Below are positions 40,501 through 52,319 of a stretch of 64,000 nucleotides of DNA, piece by piece. The stretch is taken from assembly GCF_009914755.1 (NCBI RefSeq), contig NC_060945.1. One strand, 5' to 3'. The DNA comes from the human T2T-CHM13v2.0 reference genome, Homo sapiens. The notes beneath the pieces are model-generated. The model saw only the letters and a program-made list of their open reading frames with translations. It ran no database searches and was not told the DNA's origin. The position numbers and the translations under genes were made by a program. How positions within the stretch are numbered: the first letter of the stretch is position 1; each line of letters begins with the position of its first letter.

Positions 40501-43045
40501 GAATGGAATGGAATGGATTGGAATGGAATGTAAAGGAATGGAATGGAATCAACCCGACTGGAATGGAATGGAAAGGAAAGGAATGAATGGAATGGAATGG
40601 AATGGATTGGAATGGAATGGAATGGAATAAACCAGAATGGAATGGAATGAAATGGAATGGAATGGAGTGGAATGGAATAAACACCAGTGGAATGAAATGG
40701 AATGGAAGGAAATGGAATGGAATGGAATGGAATGGAATGGAATGGAATGAAATCAACCCGAATAGAATGGAACGGAAAGGAATGTAATGGAATAGAGTGG
40801 AATGGAATGGAATGGAATGGAATGGAATGGAATGGAATGGAATGGATTCAACCCGAGTGGAATGGAATGGAATGGAATGCAATGGAATGGAATGGTATGG
40901 AATCAACCCTAGTGGAATGGTATGGAATGGAATGGAACGGAACGGAATGGAATTTAATCAACCCGAATGGAATGGAACGGAATGGAGTGGAATGGTACGG
41001 AATGGAATGAAATGGAAAGGAATCAACACGAAGGGTATGGATTGTAATGCAATGGAATGGAATGGAATGGAATCAACCCGACTGGAATGCAATGGAATAA
41101 AATGGAATGGAATGGAACGGAACGGAACGGAACGGAACGGAATTGAAAGGAATGGAATCAACCCGAGTGAAAAGGAATGGAATGGAAAGGAATGGAATGG
41201 AATGGAATGGAATGGAATGGAATGGAGTGGAATGGAATGGAATGGAATAACATGCAATCAACTTTGGTGGCATGGTATGGAATGGAATAACATGCAATCA
41301 AATTTGGTGGAATGGTATTTAAAGAAATGGAAAAGAATGGAATGGAATGGAATAAAAGGGCATTGAAAGGAAAGGAATCAAACCGAATGGAATGGAACGG
41401 AATGGAGTGGAATGGTATGGAATGGAATGGAATGGAAAGAAATCAACCCGATGTGTATGGAATGGAATGGAATGGAATGGAACGGAATGGAATGGAATCA
41501 ACACGAGTGGAATGCAATGGAATGAAATGGAATGGAATGGAACGGAACAGAACAGAATTGAATGAAATGGAATCAACCCAAGTGGAAAGGAATGGAATGG
41601 AATGGAATGCAATGGAATGCAATTGAATGGAATGGAATAACATGCAATCAACTTTGGTGGAATGGTATGGAATGGAATGGAATATAATGGAATGGAATGG
41701 AACAAAAGGGCATGGAATGGAACGGAATCAAACCGAATGGAATAGAGCGGAAGGGAGTGGAATGGTATGGAATGGAATGGAATGGAAAGGAATGAACCTG
41801 AAGGGCATGGAATGGAATGGAATGGAATGGAAGGGAATGGAAAGGAATGGAATCAACTCGAGTGGAATGTAATGGAATGGAATGGAACGGAACGGAACGG
41901 AAAGGAATTGAATGGAATGGAATCAACCCGAGTGGAATGGAATGGAATGGAATGCAATGGAATGGAATGGAATGCAATGGAATGGAATGGAATGGAATGG
42001 AATGGAATGGAATGGAATGGAATGGAATGGAATAACATGCAATCAACTTTGGTGGAAAGCTATAGAATGGAATGGAAGGGAATGGAATGGAATGGAATGG
42101 AATGGAATGGAAAGGAATGGAATGGAATGGAATAAAAGGGCATGGAATGGAACAGAATCAACCCGAATGGAAAGGAACGGAAAGGAGTGGAATGGTATGG
42201 AATGGAATGGAATAGAAAGGAATCAACCCGAAGGGTATGGAATGGAATGGAATGGAATGGAATGGAATGGAATCAACCCGAGTGGAATGCAATGGAATGA
42301 AATGGAAGGGAATGGAATGGAATGGAACGGAACGGAACGGAATGGAACGGAACGGAATTGAATGGAATGGAATCAATAAAAGTGGAAAGGAATGGAATGG
42401 AATGGAATGGAATGGAATGGAATGGAATGGAATGCAATGGAATGGAATGGAATGGAATGGAATGGAATGGAATGCAATGGAATGGAATGGAATGGAATGG
42501 AATGGAATGGAATGGAATGGAATGGAATGCAATGGAATGGAATGGAATGGAATGGAATGGAATGGAATAGCATGCAATCAACTTTGGTGGAATGGCATGG
42601 AATGGAATGGAATGGAATGGAATAAAAGGGCATGGAATGGAATGGAATCAACCCGAGAGGAATGGAATGAAATGGAATGGAATGGAATGGAATGGAAATC
42701 AGTCAAACCGAGTGGAATGTAATGTAATGGAATGGAATGGAAACACTGCAAAGCAATGCTATCAAAGGGAATGGAATGCATTGGAATGGAATGGAATGGA
42801 ATCACCCTGAGTAGAAAGGAATGGAATGGAATGGAATGGAACGGATGGAATGGAATGGAAACTAATGGAATGGAATGGAAACAACCCGAGTGGAATGGAA
42901 TGCAATGGAATGGAATGGAATGGAATGGAATGGAATGGAATGGAATACAACAAAATGGAAACAACCTGAGTGGAATGGCATGGAATGGAAAGGACTTGAA
43001 TATAATGGAATGGATCAGAATCAACCGGATTAGAAACTAATGGAA
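37536..43045 (+). repeat. ~5.5 kb near-identical tandem duplication, copy 2
   Basis: Collinear with copy 1. The offset drifts 5565, 5555, 5550, 5470, 5505-5510 through pentamer-multiple indels. Confidence 0.93.
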
Positions 43046-46000
43046 TGGAATGGAATGGAATGGAATGGAATGGAATGGAATAGAATGGAATGGAATGGAA
43101 TCTACAAAAGTGGAATGGAATGTAATGGAATTAAATGGAATGGAATAGAATGGAATGGAACGGAATGGAATGGAATGGAATGGAATGGAATGGAATGGAA
43201 TCAACCCGAGTGGAATGGAATGGAAAGGAATGGAAGGGAATCAACACGAGTGGAATGGAATGGAAAGGAATGCAATGGAATGGAATGGAATGGAATGGAA
43301 TGGAATGGAATGGAGTGGAATGGAATGGAATCTACCCAAGTGCAATGGAATGGAATGGAATTTAATGGAATGGAATGGAATAGAATGGTATGGAATCAAC
43401 CCCAGTGGAATGGTAAAGAATGCAATGTAATGGAACGGAATGGAATGGAATAAAATGGAATGGAATGGAATGGAATGGAAACAACCCGAGTGCAATGGAA
43501 TGGAATGGAATAACCGGAGAGGAATGGAATGGAATGAAGTGTAATGGAATGTAATAGAATGGAATGGAATGGAATGGAATGGAATGGAATGGAATAGAAT
43601 GAAATGGAAAGGAATGGAATAGAAACAACCAGAGTGGAATGGAATGGAAAGGAATCCACCCTAGTGGAATGCAATGGAATGGAATGGAACGGAACACAAT
43701 GGAATGGAATGGAATTGTCCCGAGTGGAATGGAATGGTATGGAATGCAATAGAATGGAATGGAACAGAACGGAATGAAATGGAATGGAATAGATTGTATG
43801 CGAGTGGAATTGAATGGAATGGAATGGATTGCAATGGAATGGAATGGATTGGAGTGGAATGGAATGGAATCAACACGAATGGAATGTAACGGAATGGAAT
43901 GGAATGGAATGTAACGGAATGGAATGGAATGGAATGGAAAGGAACGGAATGGAATCAAACTTAGTGGAATGGAAGGGAATGGAATGGAATCCACCCGAGT
44001 GTAATGGAATGGAATGGAATGCAATGGAATTGAACGGAATATAATGGAATGGAATGCAATCATCCCGAGTGGAATGGAATGGTATATAATGCAATGGAAT
44101 GAAATGGAACAGAACGGAATGGAATGGAAATAATAGATTGAATCCAAGTGGAATTGAATGGAATGGAATGGATTGGAAAGGAATGGAATGGATTGGAATG
44201 GAAAGGAATGGATTCAACCCGAGTGGAATGTAATGGATTGGAATGGAGTGGAATGGAATGGAACGGAATGAACACGAATGTAATCGAATGGAATGGAATG
44301 GAATGGTAAGCAATGAAATGGAAAGGAACGGAATAGAATCAAACCAAGTGGAAGGGAATGGAATGGAATGGAAGGGAATCAACACGAGTGGAATGGAATG
44401 GAAAGGAATGCAATGGAATGGAATGGAATGGAATGGAATGGAATGGAATGGAATCTACCCGAGTGGAGTGGAATGCAATGGAATGGAATGGAATGGAATC
44501 AACCCGAGTGGAATGGAATGGAAGAGAATGCAATAGAATGGAATGGAATGGAATGCAATGGAATGGAATGGAGTGGAATTCAATGGAATCAAACCGAGTG
44601 GAATGGAATGGTATGGAATGCAATTAAATGGAGTGGAACAGAAGGGAATGGAATGGAATGGAATTGATTGAATCCGAGTGGAATTGAATGGAAGGGAATA
44701 CATCGGAATGGAATGGAAAAGATTCAACCCGAGTGGAATGTAATGGAATGGATTGGAGTGGAATGGAGTGGAATCACCACAAATGGAATGGAATGCAATG
44801 GAATAGAAGGGATTGGAATAGAATGGAATGGAATGGAACGGAATGGAATAGAATGGAATGTAATGGAATGGAGTAGAATGGAATAAACACCAGTGGAATG
44901 AAATGGAATGGAATGGAATGGAATGGAATTGAATGGAATGAAATGAACCCCAGTAGAACACAACGGAATGGAATGGAATGGAAAGGAATGGAATCAACTG
45001 GAATGGAATGAAATGGAATGGAATGGAGTGGAATGGAATGGAATGCAATGGAATCAACAAGAGTGAAATGCAATGGAATGGAATAGAATGGAATGGAATG
45101 GAACGGAATGGAATCAACCAGAATGGAGTGAAATAAAATGGAAAGGAGTGGAATGGAATCAACCTGAGTGGAACGGAACGGAATGGAATGGAATGCAATG
45201 GAATGGAATGGAATGGAATGGAATGGAATGGTATCAACCAGAGTGGAATGGAATGGAATGGAATGGAATGGAATGGAGCAGGAATGGAATGCAATGGAAT
45301 CAACTGCAATGAAATGGAATGGAATGGAATTGATTGAATCCGAGTGGAAATAAAAGGAAGGGAGTGCATTGGAATGGAATGGAAAGGATTAAACCCGAGT
45401 GGAATGTAATGGAATGGAGTGGAGTGGAATGGAATGGTATGGAATGGAATGGAATGGAATAGAATCAACACAAAGAGAAAGGAATGGAATGGAATGGAAT
45501 AGAATGGAAAGGAACGGAATGCACTGGAATGGAATGGAATGGAATGAAATGGAATAAACCCGAATGGAATGAAATGGAATGGAATGGAATGGAATGGAAT
45601 GCAATGGAATGGAATGGAATGGAATGGAATAATATGCAATCAACTTTGGTGGAATGGTATAGAATGGAATGCAATGGAATGGAATGGAATGGAATGGAAT
45701 CAAACCGAGTGGAATGCAATGGAATGGAATAGAATGGAATGGAATGGAATGGAATCAACCCGAAGGAAATGGAATGGAATGGAAAGGAATGAATGCAATG
45801 GAATGGAATGGGATGGTATGGAATGCAATGGGATGGAATTGAATGGAATGGAACGGAATGGAACGGAATGGAATGGACCTCAATGGAATGGAAGGGAATG
45901 GAATGGATTGGAATGGGATGGAACGGAATTAACCCGAGTGGAATGGAATGGAATGGAATGGAACGGAATGGAATGGAATGGAATGGACCCCAATGGAATG

Positions 46001-46464
46001 GAATGGAATGGAATGGAATGGAATGGAATGGAATGGAATCAACCCGAGTGGAATGTAATGGAATGGAATGCAATGAAATGGAACGGTATGGAATCAACCC
46101 TAGTGGAATGGTGTGGAATGGAATGGAACGGAACGGAATGGAATGGAATGGAATCAACCTGAATGGAATGGAATGGAATGCAGTGGAAAGGTACGTAATG
46201 GAATGGATTGGAAAGGAATCAACTCGAAAGGTATGGAATGGAATGCAATGGAATGGAACGGAATGGAATGGAATCAACCTGAGTGGAATGCAATGGAATA
46301 AAATGGAATGGAATGGAACGGAACGGAACGGAATGGAACGGAATTGAAAGGAATGGAATCAACCCGAGTGGAAAGGAATGGAATGGAATGGAATGGAATT
46401 TAGTGGAATGGAATGGAATGGAATAACATGCAATCAACTTTGGTGGAATAGTATGGAATGAAAT

Positions 46465-48600
46465 AACATGCAATCAACTTTGGTGGAAAGGTATGGAATG
46501 GAATGGAAAGGAATGCAATGGAATGGAATAAAAGGGCATGGAATGGAACGGAATCAACCCGAATGGAATGGAACGGAATGGAGAGGAATGGTATGGAATG
46601 GAATGGAATGGAAAGAAATCAACCCAAAGGGTATGGAACGGAACGGAATAGAATGGAATGGAATCAACCCGAGTGGAAAGGAATGGAAAGAAATGGAATG
46701 GAATGTAATGGAATGGAATAACATGCAATCAATTTTTGTGGAATGGTATGGAATGGAATGGAATGGAATGGAATGGAATGGAATGGAAAGGAATGGAATA
46801 AAAGGGCATGGAATGGAACGGAATCAACCCGAATGGAATGGAGCGGAATGGAGTGGAATGGTATGGAATGGAATAGAATGGAAAGGAATCAACACGAAGG
46901 GTGTGGAATGGAATGGAATGGAATGGAAAAGAATGGAATCAACACGATTGCAATGCAATGGAATGAAATATAATGGAATGGAATGGAACGGAACGGAACG
47001 GAATTGAAAGGAATGGAATCAACCCGAGTGGAATGCAATGCAATGGAATGGAATGGAATGGAATGGAATGGAATGGAATGGAATGGAATAAAAGGGCATG
47101 GAATTGAATGGAATCAACCAGAGAGGAATGGAATGGAATGGAATGGAATGGAATGGAATAGAATGGAATGGAATAAAAGGGCATGGGATGGAACAGAATC
47201 AACCCGAATGGAATGGATCGGAATGGAGTGGAACGGTATTGAATGGAATCGAAAGGAAAGGAATCAATCTGAGGGGTATGTAATGGAAAGGAATGGAATG
47301 GAATGGAATGGAATCAGCCCGACTGGACTGCAATGGAATGAAATGGAATGGAATGGAAAGGAATGGAACGGAACGGAACAGAACCGAACAGAATTGAATG
47401 GAATGAAATCAACCCAAGTGGAAAGGAATGGAATGGAATGGAATGGAATGGAATGGAATGGAAAGGTATGGAATGGAATAGCATGCAATCAACTTTGGTG
47501 GAATGGTATGGAATAGAATGGAATGGAATGAAATAAAAGGGCATGGAATGGAACGGAATCAAACCGAATGGAATGGAACGGAATGGAGTGGAATGGTATG
47601 GAATGGAATGGAATGGAAAGAAATCAACCCGAAGGGTATGGAATGGAATGGAATTGAAAGGAATGGAATGGAATGGAATCAACCCGAGAGGAATGCAATG
47701 GAATGAAATGGAATGGAATGGAAAGGAACGGAACGGAATAGAATGGAATGGAATCAACCCGAGTGGAAAGGAATGGAAAGAAATGGAATGGAGTGTAATG
47801 GAATGCAATAACATGCAATCAACTTTGGTGGAATGGTATGGAATGGAATGGAATGGAATGGAATGGAATTGAATGGAATGGAATGGAATGGAAAGGAATG
47901 GAATAAAAGGGCATGGAATGGAACGGAATCAACCCGAATGGAATGGAGCGGAATGGAGTGGAAAGGTATGGAATGGAATGGAATGGAAAGGAATCAACCC
48001 GAAGGGTGTGGAATGGAATGGAATGGAATGGAAAAGAATGGAATCAGCACGATTGGAATACAATGGTATGAAATGTAATGGAATGGAACGGAACGGAATA
48101 GAACGGAATTGAAAGGAATGGAATCAACCCGAGTGGAATGGAATGAAATGCAACGGAATGGAATGGAATGGAATGGAATGGAATGGAATAACATGAAATC
48201 AACTTTGGTGGAATGATATGGAATGGAATGGAATGGAATGGAATGGAATTGAATAAAAGGGCATGGGATGGAAAAGAATCAACCCAAAAGGAATGCATCG
48301 GAATGGAGTGGAATGTTATTGAATGGAATCGAATGGAAAGGAATCAACCTGAAGGGTATGGAATGGAAAGGAATGGAATGGAATGGAATGGAATGGAATC
48401 AGCCCGACTGGAATGCAATGGAATGAAATGGAATGGAATGGAAAGGAATGGAAAGGAACGGAACAGAACGGAACAGAATTGAATGGAATGGAATCAACCC
48501 AAGTGGAAAGGAATGGAATGGAATGGAATGGAATGGAATGGAATGGAATGGAAAGGTATGGAATGGAATAGCATGCAATCAACTTTGGTGGAATGGTATG
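46465..48600 (+). repeat. Diverged ~1.09 kb tandem dimer built from the ~390-bp sub-module
   Basis: Paired words: GAGCGGAATG 46841/47946, GAAGGGTGTGG ~46896/48001, GCATGGGATG 47181/48261, AGCCCGACTGG 47316/48401 and GAAAGGTATGGAATGGAATAGCATG 47461/48551. Confidence 0.85.
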
Positions 48601-49829
48601 GAATGGAATGGAATGGAATAGAATGGAAACTACTGGAATGGAATGGAAATAAACCGAGTGGAATGGAATGCAATGGAATGGAATGGAATACAACAAAATG
48701 GAAACAACCCGAGTGGAATGGCATGGAATGGAAAGGACTTAAATATAATGGAATGGATTGGAATAAACCCAATTAGAAACTAATGGAATGGAATGGAATG
48801 GAATGGAATCTACCCGAGTGGAATGGAATGGAATGGAATTTAATGGAATGGAATGGAATGAATGGAATGGAACGGAATGGAATGGAATGGAATGTACCCG
48901 AGTGGAATGGAATGGAATGGAATTTAATGGAATGGAATGGAATAGAATGGTATGGAATCAACCAGAGTGGAATGGTATAGTATGGAATGTAATGGAACGG
49001 AATGCAATGCAATAAAATGGAATGCAATGGAATGGACACAACCCGAGTGGAATGGAATGGAATAACCGGAGAGGAATGGAATGGAATGGAGTGGAATGGA
49101 ATGGAATAGAATGGATTGGAATGGAATGGAATAGAAAGAAATGGAAAGGAATGGAATGGAAACAACCCGAGTGGAATGGAATGGAATGGAATGGAATGGA
49201 ATGGAATGGAATGGAATGGAATCAACACGAGTGGAATGGAATGGAATGGAATGGAATGGAATGGAATGGAATGGAATGGAATGGAACGGAATATAATGGA
49301 CTGGAATGGAGTCATCCCGAGTGGAATGGAATGGTATGGAATGCAATGGAATGGAATGGAACAGAACGAAATGAAATGCAATGGAATAGATTGAATGCGA
49401 GTGGAATTGAATGGAATGGAATGGATTGGAATGGAAAGGTATGGATTGGAGAGGAATTGAATGGAATCAACACGAATGGAAAGGAAGGCAATGGAATGGA
49501 ATGCAAAGGAACGCAATGGAATCATCCAGAATGGAATGGAATGGAATGGAATGAAACTGAATGGAATGGAATGGAATGGTATAGAATGACCCGAGTGTAA
49601 TGGTATAGAATGCAATGGAATGGAACGGAATGGAATGGAATAAAATGGAAAGGAATGGAATGGAATCGACCCGAGTGAAATGGAATGGAATGGAATGGAA
49701 AGGAAGTGAATCAACCTGAGTGGAATGGAATGGAATGGAATGGAATGGAATGGAATGGAATGGAATGAAATGGAATGGAATGGAATCAACCAGAATGGAG
49801 TGGAACAAAATGGAATGGAATGGAATGGA

Positions 49830-51070
49830 ATGCAATGGAATCAATTGGAATGGAATGGAATGGATTGGAATGGAACAGAATCAACACGAATCAAATGGAA
49901 TGGAATGGAATGGAATGCAATGGAATGGAATGGAATGGAAACTACTGGAATGGAATAGAATCAACCTGACTGGAATGGAATGCAATGGAATGGAATGGAA
50001 TGAAATGGAATGGAAAGGAATGGAATGAAATCAACACTAGTGGAATGAATGGAATGGAATGGAAAGGAATGGAATGGAATGGAATGGAATCAACACGAAT
50101 GGAATGGAACGGAATGGAATGGAATGGAATGGAATGTAACGGAATGGAATGCAATGGAATCAACTGGAATGGAATGGAATGGATTGGAATGGAACGGAAT
50201 CAACATGAATCAAATGGAATGGAATGGAATGGAATGCAATGGAATGGAATGGAATGGAATGGAAACTACTGGAATGGAATAGAATCAACCCGACTGGAAT
50301 GGAATGCATTGGAATGGAATGGAATGAAATGGAATGGAAAGGAATGGAATGGAATCAACACTAGTGGAATGAATGGAATGCAATGGAAAGGATTGGAATG
50401 GAATGGAACAGAATGGAATGGTATGGAATCAATCCGAGAGGAATAGTATGGAATGGAATGGAAAGGAACGAAATGGAATGGAATAAAATGTAATTGAATG
50501 CAATGGAATCAACCCGAGTGAAATGGAATGGAATGGAATGGAATGGAATGGAATGCAATCAATCCGACTGGAATGCAATGGAATGGAATGGAAGGGAATG
50601 GAATGTAATGGAATCAACAAGAGTGGAATGGAATGGAATGGAATGGAATGGAATGGAATGGAATGGAATGGAATGGAAAAGAATCTACCTATGTCAAATG
50701 GAATGGAATCGAATGGAATGGAAATTACTGGAATGGAATGGAAACAAACCGAGTGTAATGGAATGCATTGGAATGTAATGGAATGGAATGGAATGGAATC
50801 AACACTAGTGGAATGAATGGAATGGAATGGAGAGGAATGGAATGCAATGGAGCGGAAAGGAATGGTATGGAATCATCCTGAGAGGAATAGTATGGAATGG
50901 AATGGAATGGAACGGAATGGAATGGAATAAAATGTAATTGAATGCAATGGAATCAACCCGAGTGAAATAGAATGGAATGGAATGGAATGGAATGCAATCA
51001 ATCCGACTGGAATGCAATGGAATGGAATGGAAGGGAATGGAATGTAATGGAATCAACAAGAGTGGAATAA
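49830..51070 (+). repeat. Overlapping ~320-bp and ~445-bp diverged local tandem duplications
   Basis: CAACA(C/T)GAATCAAATGG at ~49882/50201; CAACACTAGTGGAATGAATGG at ~50032/50356/50800; GAGGAATAGTATGG at ~50438/50882; CAATCCGACTGG at ~50560/50999. Confidence 0.8.
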
Positions 51071-52129
51071 AATGGAATGCAACGGAATCACCCCGAGTGG
51101 AATGAAATGGAATATAATGCAATGAAATGGAATGGAATCAACACTAGTGGAATGGAATAGAATGGAATGGAATGGAATGGAACGGAATGCAAGGCAATGT
51201 AATCAACTGGAATGGAATGGAATGGAATGGAATGGATTGGAATGGAATGGAATGGAGTGGAATGGAGTGGAATGGAATAACATGCAACCAACTTTGGTGG
51301 AATGGTATGGAATGGAATGGAAAGGAATGCAACGGAGTGGAATAAAAAAGGCATGGAATGGAACTGATTCAACCCGAATGGAATGGAACGGAATGGAATG
51401 CAATGGAATCAACTGGAATGGAGTGGAATGGATTGGAATGGAACGGAATCAACCTGAGCGAAATAGAATGGAATGGAATAGATTGGAAACTACTGGAAGG
51501 GAATGGAAACAACCTGACTGGAATGGAATGCAATGGAATGGAATGGAATGGAATGGAATGGAATGGAATGGAATGGAAACAACCCGAATGAAATGGAATG
51601 GAATGGAAAGGAATGAATGCAATGGAATGGAATGGGATGGTATGGAATGCAATGGGATGGAATTGAATGGAATGGAACGGAATGGAACGGAATGGAATGG
51701 ACCTCAATGGAATGGAATGGAATGGAATGGATTGGAATGGGATGGAACGGAATTAACCCGAGTGGAATGGAATGGAATGGAATGGAACGGAATGCAATGG
51801 AATGGAATGGACCCCAATGGAATGGAATGGAATGGAATGGAATGGAATGGAATGGAATCAACCCGAGTGGAATGTAATGGAATGGAATGCAATGAAATGG
51901 AACGGTATGGAATCAACACTAGTGGAATGGTGTGGAATGGAATGGAACGGAACGGAATGGAATGGAATGGAATCAACGTGAATGGAATGGAATGGAATGG
52001 AATGGAATGGAATGGAATCAACCAGAGTGGAATGGAATGGAATGGAATGTAACGGAAGGGAATGTAATGGAATCAAATGGAATGGAATGGAATGGAATCA
52101 ACCTGAGTCAAATGGAATGGAATGGAATG

Positions 52130-52319
52130 GACTGGAAACTACTGGAATGGAATGGAAACAACCCGAGTGGCATGGAATGAAATGGAATGGAATGGAATGG
52201 AACGGAATGGAATGGAATGGAATGGACTGGAAACTACTGGAATGGAATGGAAACAACCCGAGTGGCATGGAATGCAATGGAATGGAATGGAATGGAATGG
52301 AATGGAATGGAATGGAAGG
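52130..52319 (+). repeat. 95-bp tandem duplication
   Basis: GACTGGAAACTACTGGAATGGAATGGAAACAACCCGAGTGGCATGG occurs at 52130 and 52225. Confidence 0.85.

Noticed and set aside
18245-43045. Both young duplication lengths (7010 and ~5555) are multiples of 5
   Set aside because: With two events this could be chance (about 1 in 25). Other offsets (7498, 7257, 5824, 63189) are not multiples of 5.
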